Under the pieces are notes generated by a model. It was not told where the DNA came from and did no database searches. It worked only from the letters and a program-made list of their open reading frames with translations. The position numbers and the translations under genes were made by a program. Positions 13,870-26,340 of a stretch of 64,000 nucleotides of DNA are shown here, piece by piece; the stretch's first letter is position 1, and the number at the start of each line of letters is the position of its first letter. The DNA comes from Tubiluchus corallicola (Eukaryota > Animalia > Priapulida). Where the stretch lies: contig JAQGDQ010000023.1 in the NCBI GenBank assembly GCA_030141605.1, positions 1,116,001 through 1,180,000 on the forward strand, given 5' to 3'.

Positions 13870-15340
13870 CCAAGCTTTGTCAATATTGCTATATCTTTGT
13901 TATTACTGAACTTTTGCTTAAATCGAATCACTTTGGAATTTGTTGATAATTAAATTGTTTGATTAATTATTTTAATATCTGCCATTTGATCTTTCTTTTT
14001 CTTTAGATCCATCAGTGTATAGAATGCAAATAGGCCATAGTCCCCCGTATTTTTAACATCAGCCTTAGGCCGATCTGCATCCATACATTTAGTGACTATC
14101 ATACTAGCTCCCTTCTGTTATGAGATGTAAAACTAACGCAGCATTCCCCTTTTTGATTCCCCTAGAGGAAATACAGGATCAGGGTCATCACAATTGTGTT
14201 ACTGATTTTGCTTCGCCTTCTGCGCTGTCCGCATACTCTTGCATTTTGAATCACCATTTAATACTTCCAGGTTTGCTTTTTGTATTTATTTATAATGGTC
14301 TACCTGCTGGCGCTACATAGTCTCTGAATCTACTTATTATTTTCCCGATTTTACGGTTATAATCACTGATCATTATGATTTTTTCTTTCTCTTTCCGCAT
14401 GTCTACATGTCTGTATGTATGTTGGTACATTTTCTTCAACTTCTGTATTTTTGTTCTTTATTTTAGTCCTTCCATTGTTTGTGATCAGCCAAAGTTCTTC
14501 ATAATTTTCATTTACCTTTTCTAGAATACAGGTATGTTACCATAGCTACCTCCTTCACAAGTATACAGCCTTTATCTTCTTCACGATTATTTATAAATTT
14601 TTCATACTTTATTGTTTTCGTTAAAATAAACAACTTCTTCCTCATTTCAAAAAGTTTCTACCAAACATATTATTTTCTAAATGCTTTTCTTCTAACATTG
14701 CTGTGATACTTTCTTCTTTTCTTTTCATACATCTACAGTTTGCATAATATATTTTGAAATTTTTGCACATTTTTTATTTTTACACCCCTTCTTATATTTC
14801 CTATATTTTTTCTATATTTTCTCTTTTCTCTAACAATACTGACTTATTTGCACCATCATTTTTGTTCTTGGTCCCTAAAAAGAATTTGTTGTTTCAACCT
14901 CTGCATTTCTTCATTTCTTGCTTTTTAATCGCTAATCCAGTTTTTAATGTTCCACTCATTTCCTCTACGTTCATAATCTCCCGCCCATACTTTGTTTGAT
15001 CTATTTTCATTTCATTTTCATCACATCCTCTTCCATCTCTATCGATCATCACTATTTTTCTCTGTTACACTGTCTCTTTTTCATGTCAAAATCTTCCGTC
15101 CATAGGAACAGCGCTTACCATCTCTATAGTATCTACAAATTGTTGTCATTTCACCAAACTTCCCGTGTTTGTATCTGCAGTATTTCCAAAATAACATCTT
15201 AGCCTTTTGTGGTGATACGGCATATAACATTGTGACTGTCTGAATTCTGTCTTCATTTCTCTTATGTTACCTGTTTTCCCCAGCCCTTCATTTTTCCCAT
15301 ATTTTTCCTTTGTTTTCTCATGCAAATCGTCTATTTCTTG
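13870..15340 (-). mobile_element. Highly decayed LINE (possibly RTE-like) coding remnants
   Basis: A-rich minus strand with faint endonuclease/RT-like motifs. No intact ORF. Confidence 0.35.
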
Positions 15341-15439
15341 TAATAATTCTATTTTTTCGAGTTTGTGGAACTGCTCCTGAATGAGAGTCATGTGTGTAAT
15401 ATGTAGGTATGCAGATACTTTTTGTACCTGCTGCAAAAT

Positions 15440-15910
15440 ACGCTGACGGAAGGAGTCTTTTATAAAATTTGGCAAATTGTTCCATTCAGTCACGGACACA
15501 GGAAAGAGCGAGTATTTAAAATAGTTACATCTAGTATGGAACAAAGCAAATCATCTCTCTTACGCAATGAATACAAGTATTCAGTTGGCAGTATTTCAAA
15601 TAAATATAATGCTGTTAACTGATTAACAATTTTATAAAACATTTTTGCTTCTGTGAAATATACGTTTTTTTTGGTAAATAGTCAAAGGAATTTTCAAATA
15701 ACAAGTTGTGTGTACTGATACCTTTCATTGCTTTGCTACATATGTTTTCAGCTCGTTTTTGTGTACATGTATGTTCTAATAAGTCTGATAATTACACCAT
15801 ACACTGTCATCATACTGAGCATACTCCATTACTGACTATTCAAAATCTTCCCTATTATGAGTTGTTACACCGTAATTTACTCTTAAGTTACTTTTTATGT
15901 TAGCCAGGCT
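15440..15910 (-). mobile_element. 3' remnant of a CR1/L2-group LINE
   Basis: RCNYFKYSLFPVSVTEWNNLP (ORF 15146..15544) and upstream VMEYAQ (LEYA motif). Confidence 0.65.
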
Positions 15911-16323
15911 TTCTACTTTTCTTTATTTACAAAAAAGGTATTTCACGAGTATGACGTAGTCCCATTAACTCAATGACAATATGAAATCTTGCCACGCCGC
16001 CATCTTTACAATAAATGTGGGAACTCCATAATTAAATTTAAACAAAACACAAGTGTCTCCTTTTACTTATTCCTCGTTACCTTCACTTTTTACTATCCCT
16101 CTAATCAGAATTCACTCTGTGCGCTTCATCAGCTCAAGTAGATTGTATTTGTAGCCTTGAATAACGGAACACATGCAGTTGCCCCACGAGCCATTCCATA
16201 GCGACCGTTTTATACCTGATATTCAGCGCCACTATGCAATGGCTTCATCTGGGTGAGCCATTACAATGTTTACAATGTACGGAGGAGTCAAAAATAAATG
16301 ATATTTCGTCCCTGTAATGTGCC

Positions 16324-16643
16324 TTTTTCACTGTCTTTCTGTCTCGTTCGATAATTTTGCTAGTTTTCTTCCACTTTAATTAATTTTGTCACCTGTTGCA
16401 GAAATTTGCTTTGGAAATGCGTGTGTGCATGTGCGCGAAGGTGTGTGTATGTGTGTGTGCGTGCGTGCGTGCGTGCGGGTACGTGAGTGCGTGCGTGAGT
16501 GCGTGCATGTGTGCATGCGTGCATGTGTGTGTACGTGGGTGCGTGTGCGCGGGCTTTTGTCACTGTCCTTCTGTCTCGTTCGATAATTTTACTGGTCTTC
16601 TTCCACTTTAATTTGTCGTCTGTTGTAGAAGTTTGCTTTGAAA
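16324..16643. repeat. ~90-bp imperfect direct repeat flanking a (GT/GTGC)n microsatellite
   Basis: CACTGTC[T/C]TTCTGTCTCGTTCGATAATTTT...TTTGCTTTG at about 16324-16418 and 16554-16643. Alternating purine-pyrimidine tract at about 16419-16551. Confidence 0.9.
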
Positions 16644-17050
16644 AAACATATCCTGACAGACGACACTAAAAAATTAACGTAAAAGCATGGTCTCATGGCA
16701 TGCCTAGAACGTTAAGAAAATAAAGTGAAAACAAAATTGAAAACGATTTACATCGTAACTTATTTCTACAAGTAAGAAATACATTGTCCGCCAGAGAACT
16801 AAATTTTGTGATAAGCCATTTAAAATATTTTTAGGCCTTGATTAAGTGAATAGGCCTACTTGTTTTATTTTATTTTATTTATTTTATTTCATAAAATTGT
16901 ATTTACACTGATTCTCTATTGTTAGTGGGGACAAATGACACCATTGTATACAATATGTCTGTTGCACTGCGCTATCTGCTAAAAAATAATAAAAATTCCA
17001 TGAAAATAATTTCTAAATTCTAAACTCTGTATGCTGACGACTTTTTTCAG

Positions 17051-17233
17051 ATCATGAATTAGACAACGAGCAGCTATCTGTGATAGAAAACGAACCATGA
17101 TTAACATTAATGCTTTAGTTTCAAGAGAGCTGGTACGAAAAATTTAGAGAACACAAAACCGTAATAGCTTCAACATGTGGTACAACATAAGCTACAGTGC
17201 GGTTTCAAAGCACATGCTTTATTTTGACTGATT
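17051..17233 (+). promoter_or_regulatory. Putative 5' UTR part of the first coding exon of the Kv3/Shaw gene, with three uORFs
   Basis: Strong acceptor CTGACGACTTTTTTCAG ending at 17050. ATG-initiated uORFs at 17054-17062, 17097-17147 and 17175-17231. Confidence 0.5.
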
Positions 17234-17767
17234 ATGACTGATTGTGAGCTTCGTGATGATTATGACTGCAGTGACTTTCTGGCACTATCATCCTTTCGAA
17301 AAGATTCACGTGCCCTTATTGGTACTGTGAGAAAAAATTCGCGAGCACATAGTGGTATTCCCGAAAGCTCTCAAGCACCGAGATTATCAGTCATGGAACT
17401 ACTAGATGTCCCGTCTGCCTCATACAACCAAAAACGAGAAAACAGAATTATAATTAATGTGGGGGGTGTCCGCCATGAAACATACCGATCTACATTGCGT
17501 AACATACCGGACACGAGACTTGCTTGGCTTGTCGAAAACGCCAGTGCCATGAATGTTGACTATGAACCTACTACGGGAGAGTACTTCTTCGACCGTCATC
17601 CAACTGTATTTGCAGCCGTTTTGAACTATTACCGAACTGGTAAGCTACACATGCCTACCGACGTATGCGGACCAATGTACGAAGAAGAGCTAACATACTG
17701 GGGAATAGACGAAAATCAACTTGAGGCATGTTGCTGGGCGAGTTACAGATCGCACCGTGATGCTCAG
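17234..17767 (+). CDS. Shaw: Shaw/Kv3-type voltage-gated potassium channel, coding exon 1 (N-terminus and T1 domain)
   Basis: [42 protein letters not shown], with an intact HX5CX20CC Zn motif. Donor CAG|GTAAGT, phase 0. The start codon could alternatively be 17393. Confidence 0.95.
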
Positions 17768-18829
17768 GTAAGTATTTTAATTATACAACTAAAACTCGTA
17801 ACGGTTTTCAAAATGGAAAGGGTTTCATGAGTTTATCATAGTAATCATACAAGAGTTTATTTGGCAATGTGCTAAACTGTGCGATTCTGTAACGTGTAAA
17901 ATTACATTAAATTATACGTATAAAAGATTAGAAAATATTCTACGGGGAACAAAAATTTGTTTAGAGCGAAAATTTAGGTAGAGAGTCCATTTGCATAGAA
18001 ACGGACTAAAGACCTTTTTGAATGAATTGTCCTGAACAGCCATCTTCCTCACGAAAATGGAACACATTATTTTCTATGTCGCACTTCACAGTAACCTTTA
18101 CGACGAATTTTCCTCGTGCTGTTTCTCATGAAGAATCGTCATATACATGTAGTATAAGAGGTGTTAGCAACTTGCGATCTGTGCTCGCACTTTTAACGAT
18201 TTTTTATTGTGTAACTTTAGCGTTTTGGTTATCTTAATAACTATGTGCTATTAGAATGTTAGTTTAAGTGATTTTGGAAAACTACAGTATATTATAGTGA
18301 GAATCAGTGTGAAAATTTAATGGCAAGTCTGTTTTAAATTTTCTTGGCTGAAACTTCAAATAACTTCCATTAAAGCCACATACTAAACGGAATCAGTCTG
18401 GCTTCTTTTCACGATAGCATGTATTTTAGTACTACTGTAAGCCTGGAAGTTAGACGTTTCGTGAAAATCTACACGTAACCTTGAGCTGCCTATCATACAC
18501 TCTATCCTTATATTTGGGGCATACTGTTACCTGGATATAAAGATGTCAAGCAGCACAGGCTTGGTATCTTGTACCCGAGCTTCATTAATAGCTAAAAGGT
18601 ACAAGACGCTAGTTTCGGTATTAAAATTATACCTGGAATTTTTCAAACTCGGTATCGCTCTCACACTTCTTCTTCACACTACCTACAAGCCGGAAATGGG
18701 GTCACTATATTGACAACCGACAGGTGTCAACGTCAGCCGTTTGCTTAAGAATTGTATCGTGCAAAATTGCACAACAGAGACAAGACAGATTTCAGATAGA
18801 ACCAAAACTTTAGTTAAGATTGCATTGAT

Positions 18830-20490
18830 ATCTAGCTGCTTCCTAAATTGCATATGTGGGGTGCATTACGGAATGCTCGTTCTATGACAGAGAAAACTGC
18901 TGCCTTAGCATCAATACTACTGGACGAAAATTTAGACTGCATAATTTGAACCGAAACGTGGTTTAAAACCAAAGACGATCCCATTATTTCTGAAGTGCTG
19001 TCTTCTATTAAGGAGTATTCATTGTATCAGCAACCTCGTGAGAAACGTGGAGTTGGCGGTGTGGCCATCATTGCTCGATCAAATTTAGTTGTTTCTGAGA
19101 AAGTATCTCACTACATCCTTTGAGTCAATAGACATCTCATTCAAAGTTGCCAGGTGAATTTTACATTTCATTATAATTTGTCGTCCACCAAAGAGTACAA
19201 AAACAGAGTGTAACGGATACAAGAAAACATCTTTGGTTGCATAGTTGTTTATTCTAAACAAAAAAAACAAATAAAGAAATAATAAGAAACAAATTACACA
19301 GAAAATTTAAAGCAAATGTGCTATTGTCTGACATAATGAAACTCACAATATGAAAATGAAGCTGTCGTAATAGAAAATACAATATTAAAAAGTACAGAAA
19401 GTAATATATACTGCCAATATTCTGTAGCACAAATCAACTGAAATCTTTTCTAGACTAATTACATATTTACCACACATTCTAATTCGTTTCAAGTTACTAA
19501 ACATCAAGTTCAAATTACTTAACTAAATATAATTATTGCTTACATCATTGCCCCAGTCTTGAGAGGAACAAGTTAAGGTTCAGGTACACTACCAGTATAA
19601 AATCGAAAAAAAACTAGCAAAAAACAATGTAAATACATTCTCACACACTACTGACAACCAAAACGTTCCCGTATACTCAAACCGTCAATAATACCTACTG
19701 TTTAAAACACATTGAGCCAGTGAACCAAGACAAATGGCGCGAAATTTGAAGGCGCGAATATCGTTGACAAACGATACGCAATCTTAAGGCGCGAAATTTA
19801 CTGACAGTCTGCTACACAGAGGTACAACAAGTGATTTTAGTTTCGATTTTTCAACCTTGTTAAAGTTCGCAGTTCCATCCTGCAAACTTATCGTTGCGGG
19901 AGATTTCAATTTTCACTATGAAATGGACAGTTTACCAGATACCAGTTTACCAGACGAAGCTGATGGCCAGAACGTCTTTTCTATGATGAACGTACTCTCG
20001 GACACTTAAGTCACATTCAGGGAAGGTACTTCCTCGTGACATTCCACGTGAACAGTTAGTAGACAGGTTTTCAAATTTTTTGAAGATAAAAAATAAAATT
20101 TGTAAATTTTGGGAGATACTTTCAGCGAACATCTCTACTTTAGAATATCCTGTTACAGAAGACACTAGCAATGCTTTTTAGGGTTTCAAGCCTGTAACTG
20201 TAGGCACAATAACAAAGTTAATCAGTGAGTCTTCATGCCAGTCATGTTCATTGGACAACATCATTTGTGAAAAAGTCAGTCTCAGCTTTGGCATCCTTTT
20301 TCACACATCTCTACAATGTCTTTTAGCTTACAGGTGAAATTCAACGTTATTTAAAATTGGCTACTGTACGCCCACTTCTGAAAAAACATTATTTGGATGC
20401 TACCATCTTGAATAATTATCGTTCCGTCTCAAATTTATGCTATATTTTCAAAATACTAGAGCGTATAATAGTGAGTGAATTTTCTAAGCC
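18830..20490 (+). mobile_element. Degenerate L2/CR1-group LINE (APE endonuclease and RT start), interrupted by a solo LTR
   Basis: RNARSM, TETWF, RGVGGVA, ICRPP, then after 19821 IVAGDFNFH, and NNYRSVSNL..KILER near 20410-20465. Confidence 0.8.
19209..19816 (-). mobile_element. Solo LTR, 608 bp, with perfect 5-bp TSD
   Basis: TGTAAC...GCTACA flanked by CAGAG at 19204-19208 and 19817-19821. AATAAA on the minus strand near 19247. Confidence 0.85.
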
Positions 20491-20649
20491 CATCTAGCCA
20501 CATACCAAAAATTGTGGCCCTAGCCCAAAAACTGTAAGAGTAAATAAAGCCTAACGAAAAACAGATATATATTTAGGCTCCATTTACTCCTACAGTTTTT
20601 GGGCTAGGGCCACAATTTTTGGTATGTGGCTAGATGGGCTTAGAAAATT
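20478..20649. repeat. Long inverted repeat (77-bp arms, 18-nt spacer)
   Basis: 20478-20554 is the reverse complement of 20573-20649 with 3 mismatches. Confidence 0.95.
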
Positions 20650-20754
20650 GCTTTAAATTTTCTGTGTAATTTGTTTCTTATTATTTCTTAATTTGTTTTT
20701 TTTGTTTAGAATAAGCAACTATGCAACCTAAGATGTTTTCTTGTATCCGTTACA
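20650..20754 (+). mobile_element. Truncated LTR end, inverted copy of about 19209-19315
   Basis: GCTTTAAATTTTCTGTG...GTATCCGTTACA is a near reverse complement of the 19209 LTR terminus. It abuts and truncates the BEL integrase. Confidence 0.85.
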
Positions 20755-23700
20755 ATATTGTTTGCCCCGACAAAATTTGTAGCATTATCTGACCTGATTA
20801 AACTTGGAGTGCCACGTCTGTTAATGAATCTGCCTAATGCATTTATAAAACTATCGGTTTCAAGAGAATGCAAAACCTCAATGTGAATTGCGCGACTGAC
20901 AAGGCACGTAAAAACGCAGCCATATCTTTTTGCCTCTACTCTACCATGCTTTACTCTGAAAGTACCAAAACAGTCCACTCCTACATTTGTGAAAGGAGGC
21001 AGCCCCAATACTGTTCTATCGTAAGGCATATCTGCCATCTTTTAACACTCAGGAGAAGCATAACGACGTCTGCAAGGAAAACAGTTTCTGCTAGCCCTTC
21101 AAACAGCTGTTCTAGCCTTAATTATCCAATATTTCTCGTGGATCAACGATAATACATGCTCTCTCCCCGAATGACTGCACATTTCATGGTAGTGGCGAAC
21201 GATGAGAGTGACAACATTGTCATCCTTAGGCAGTATCACCTGATGCTTGGCATTCTCAGGTAAGGCAGAATTTCTCAGACGTCCACCCACACACAATAGG
21301 CCCCCAAAAGAGAGAATAGGATCAGATCAATTTTCCTCAGATCATTACTACCAGGCAAGCCAGCATGACTATTTCTCTGCAGTGCCAAGAGAATAGGCTT
21401 AAAATACTTCCATTGCAAGAACCTCACAATATGTTGCTCTGCCTGCTGTAGTTCCACAACGGAAAGTTGCCCTGAGAAAGCAACTTCACTTTCACCCCTA
21501 GCCTAACACAACAGCAGCATTCTCAGCCTTAAACTCCAGGCCACACTCTTTTTGAGCATGTACCAAGACGAATGTCTTTTAAATAGTTTATTCACTAAAT
21601 TCAAATCGCCAGTAGTGGATGCTATGCAAGATGTTACTTTTGGACTTGAAGACTTATCTTGCTTGATTTCAGTATCATTTGCAAAGTCATAGTCTAGGGA
21701 AATTGTCCATTCTATTTGAACCACTGGCTCCCATAGAAACTTTGGCCCGCACAGCCACTTTTTACAAGCAATAAACTGTTCAACAGGCATCCCCCTAGAA
21801 GCAAAATCTGCTGGATTTTCCCGCGAGCTGACATAGAACCACTGACAGATTCGATCCTTCATGAACAAAGCTCAAACGATTGGCAACAAAGGTTTTGAAG
21901 GTTTTATCTGTATTCCGTATGTATCCCAGCACAATCATGCTATCAGTCCAGTAAGTTGTTATCCCAATCACCAGCTCTGCCTTTAAAACCTGATTTAACT
22001 TTACTGCCATGACAGTGGCATAGAGTTCAACTCTAAAACTGTTAAAGCTTTCAATGGCGCTAGACGAGACCTCGCTAGAACAAAACTTTGTCACTTTTAT
22101 CCAAAAAGTGAAGATAGGACACTGCTCTATAGGCAACTTGTGAGGCATCTGAAAAAATGTGAAGCTCGCAGCTACCGAGCTCACCACTGTCCACTGGCAA
22201 AAAATGGTCAACACCAAAATGATCCAATCTAGGAAAATCTGGCAACCAAGCCTCCACTTTAGATCAGTTTCCTCCTCAAGAAGATCATCCCATCCTTTCT
22301 TCATTTTACTTTCTGATTGGAAAAGAAGCTTAGCAGTCAGAACAACAGGACAGATCAATCCCTAGGGGTTATAAACTGAGCTTAAGATACTTATAGACCA
22401 CGTCAGGTAGATTCTTTTCTTCTCACCCTCGCCTGAACACCAATTCGGTCAGCCTCAGTATCTCAATACAATCCTAATGAACACTCTGCTGGCAAAACTC
22501 CTTGGCAAAATTCAGGTTTCTGACAGATTCAGCTCTTTCCTCCAAAGACAATGCCTGCAAAACTTCACGATTGTTTGATATCCACTTAGTGATCCTAAAT
22601 CCCCCGACGAGCCAAAAGGCTACATATCTGATTAATGAAATCAGTTGCCTCCTCTACTGAATGAAAAGGCTTTAAGCAGTCATCAACGTAGAAATTTTTT
22701 AACACTGCTAGAATAATGCATTCTGAGAAGACTTTCTGATTATCAAGAGCTGTTCTTCGCAATGCATAAGAAGTACAACTTGGGCTCCACTTTCCCCCAA
22801 AGAGATGCCTGGTCATTCTATATGTGACTGGCTCTTGTTGACGATCCCCATTCGGAAACTAAAGGAAGTGCAGTACGTCACGATGAGCAGGTGGAACCAT
22901 TATTTGATTAAACATAGCCTCAATGTCACCCATAACAGCAATAGGACCCTCTCTAAAGTGCAACAACACACCTATTAGTTTATTTGTGAGATCTGGCCCT
23001 TGATAAACCTGCATGTTTAAAGAAACACCTTGATACTCAGCTGCACAGTTGAACACAATTCGTAGTTTTGACAGCTTGTTAGGATTAATCACTTCTCTTA
23101 ATCCTCATTCTGGAGCGGTGGTGCAACTTCAGCAAACCCTTTTTGTAGCATGTCAGCAATGCCTTGTGCATATTTGGCATGTTGTTCAGGCTCACGTGTC
23201 AGTTTCCACTTAAGTGTGTAAAGACGACGTTCGGCTAAACTATAATTGTTGGGGAACTGAGGAGGATTAAACATGAAGGGAATGTCCATGTCCACCTGAT
23301 AGTGGCCATTTACAGTAAGAACAGAATTGTTCCAAATTTTCAAAACTCTTTTATCTTCAACAGATAGTGGGGATAAGCAACTTCTGGAACAGCATCAGCC
23401 TGCCAAAAATTCTGCACCTGATCTGTCAAGTCCTCATCACATCTAGTGCAACTGACCACTGCTGTGCACTCTTCTGCTGCTTCACAAACAGTGCCATTAA
23501 TGGTCCAACCTAGAGGTGTCCGAACCGTGTATGGTTGATCTATCATTCCTCGCCTTACTTCCAAATGACGAAATGCTTCAGCATTATCTTGCCCGATAAG
23601 AAGCATGACCTCTTTACTAGACCTCACATGAGTAAAACTGGTTCTGCTCCTTCATCATGGTTGCTTCCACAAGAAGGGACGCCTTATGTGCACAAACCTC

Positions 23701-24360
23701 CGCCTTAGCACTACTAATGTAACTAGACCTGGCAGAACGTGAACTAGTAGAGTGTGAGCCTGCATTACTACCCATTACTAATGCATTATGAGCCGACAGA
23801 TTGCGACTTATTGCTGGTTTATTCAAAAAAAGGATTGGACTTTGATGCAACCATGCTAGGTGTTCCATGGAATGGGTTAGTGCTAAACGGACTCCTATAT
23901 GTACCTCCCCATCGGGCTTAATATGCTCTGGTTGTGCCACATAATCACCAATTCTTTCCAAACAGGCATTTACACCTTGTTGTACCTTTTCAACGTATAA
24001 TCTCGCATTAGCTTGAGCCTCATCTTCCTGTGGAATAAATTTCACGACTTCTTCATGCAGCTGTCTGAAGTTCTGAAACAGATGCTGTAATTCACCCTGC
24101 AACGGCGGAAGTTGAATTTTATCTGGACACGTTTCAATTAATGTATCTATGTGGTTTATCTTCTTAGTAATCATGTGCTTAGCAACTGCTTGTGCTGACT
24201 CCCCCTTTGCAGACCCTGCCTTTTCAGTCATTTCACCTGCAGATAGCATTAAACACGCAAAGAAACGAAAACAGTTTTGCAAATTTTGCAAAACAGTCAA
24301 ACGTCAAACATCACACAATAACACTATTACACAGGCATTTGCAAACCTGCACCACCCAAA
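20755..24360 (-). mobile_element. Degenerate BEL/Pao LTR retrotransposon (gag-like region, RT, RNase H, integrase)
   Basis: [92 protein letters not shown]. Many frameshifts. Confidence 0.93.
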
Positions 24361-24381
24361 ATAGCAACAGCAATCACAATC

Positions 24382-26340
24382 ATGCGAAGTTTGCTGTCGT
24401 AAGAAAGGACAGCAACGTAAACCGCGGGCGCCCTTACAACAATATCGTGTAGGAGCACCTATGGAGAGGGTGGCCATTGATGTAGCTGGGCCATTTTCGT
24501 TGTCTTCGCGTAAAAACAAATTCGTTTTGGTTGCGATGGACTTTTTTTCTAAATGGCCAGAGGCTTATGCAATCCCAAACCAAGAAGCTGAAACAGTAGC
24601 TTCAGTATTAGTTGAAGAATTTTTCTGTCGGTATGGAATGCCTTTAGAAATTCATTCTGATTAGGGCCGCAATTTCGAAAGCAACATTTTTCAACAATAC
24701 TGCGAACTCATGGGCATTGAAAAAAGGCGAACTGCTGCTTTTGAACTCAAAAAGTGACGGACTTGCAGAACGATACATTAAGACTTTGAGCATCAATCAA
24801 AAAGACTGGGACAGTAAATTACCCTTGCTGTTAATGTCGTATCACAGTGCTGTGCATGAGACTACCAATTTCACTCCTGCTCAAGTGATGTATGGACGTG
24901 AGTTACGACTCCCGTATGAATTACTAACTGGAAAACCCCCTACTAACATTACGTGTACTAACTATGTGGAATTCATACCAAAATTAGAACAGCATTTGTA
25001 TGATGTACATCAATTCGTACGCAATAATTTGCGTTTCTCTGGTGAGGTAATGCGTAAGAGGTATGATGTTCGCTCTCGTCTTCTCCTCTGTTCTCCTGGT
25101 GATAAAGTCTGGCTCTTCAATCCTCAAAGGAAAGTCGGCAAAAACAATAAACTGCAGTCCAATTGGCACGGTCCCTATGTAATAATAGATAAATTATCTG
25201 ATGTAACCTATATAATTAAGCTCACTGATAGAAAGCAACAGCCAAAAATTGTACACTCTGATCGATTATGGAAGTATGTTCCAGCAGAAGGTTTTACTTG
25301 GAGTGGAGACAGCTCGAAGAACTACGAACAACCCATGGTACGCTGATGCTAATACTAGTGTTGACGTCCAATCACAACAATATGAACTTTCTGATTCTAA
25401 TAGCTCGAGTAATGCTGATCCTGATGTGGAAGAATGCAGAAGTTTACAACTTGAACCATCCGTGGAACAACTACCATTACCAATAGGTGATGCGCCAGGA
25501 GAGGACATAGACTCTTTTATTTTGCCACCTTCACGTTATACATTGCCACACGGAAATGACACTCGAGTTCATGAGACACAGAAGATGATCTTGAAATTTC
25601 ATCGAGTTTTCATGACAGCTTGCCAATTGCTCCTATGGGTTTCTCTCTTACATTGAGTCCTATCCAGGAAGAAGGGTCATATCCTAGTGAAACTCACCCC
25701 AGGGGTCGTGGAAAACTAAAAGACCTGCCAGCACCTTTCCCCATAGGACGATTTCCTTTGACATCAACACCCATACGAAACGAATTTCCTGGGACTCAGA
25801 CGTTAGAATTACTTGAAACCGCATCCCTCGCTGCTGACAGCAAAGAAACAAGAGACGTATCGACACGTGATCTTATCCTTGATTGGCAACCTGAGTTAAC
25901 CCTTGAATTACCAAAGCCTTTAACCCCTGAAAAACTGGTGAAAATTCATTGCTTCACCAAGAGGCCAATGACGTCACTAGAGTTGAGGGTGAACTCAATT
26001 CACAACCTGGTGGCCAGGCTTCAGTTAACAATGAACAATAAATAATTAATTTCTTTGATAGTCCTGAAAACCCATGTCCTATCACTAAAGAAAACTGGAA
26101 AGAACATTTTGACAAGCAGCGTGTGACAAATGCTAACAATTTATCAACGAGTAACCTCCCAATGCAACAACTTGACTGTTCTGACTCACATGAACTTTCT
26201 CACTTACCGTTTTTAGTTAGTGCAGCTTCTGAAGTTCCTTGCCAGGGTATGCTTACACCGTCACCATTACCGTCATTGCAATACCCTAGACGCACACGCA
26301 AAGTACCTGAGTACTACAGTGGATATGTGTATGAAAACCC
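24382..26340 (+). mobile_element. Ty3/Gypsy integrase fragment with long tail, same lineage as 8782-10680
   Basis: CEVC..RVGAPMERVAIDVAGP..DFFSKWPEAY..IHSD*GRNFES..GLAER..WHGPY. The tail ends YPRRTRKVPEYYSGY. Premature stop at 24662-24664. Confidence 0.92.

Noticed and set aside
17234-17830. Stand-alone KCTD/BTB protein
   Set aside because: The canonical donor at 17768 joins in frame to downstream channel exons.
23617-24300. 227-aa ORF as a novel gene
   Set aside because: Position, orientation and coiled-coil/Ser-rich composition fit the BEL gag N-terminus.
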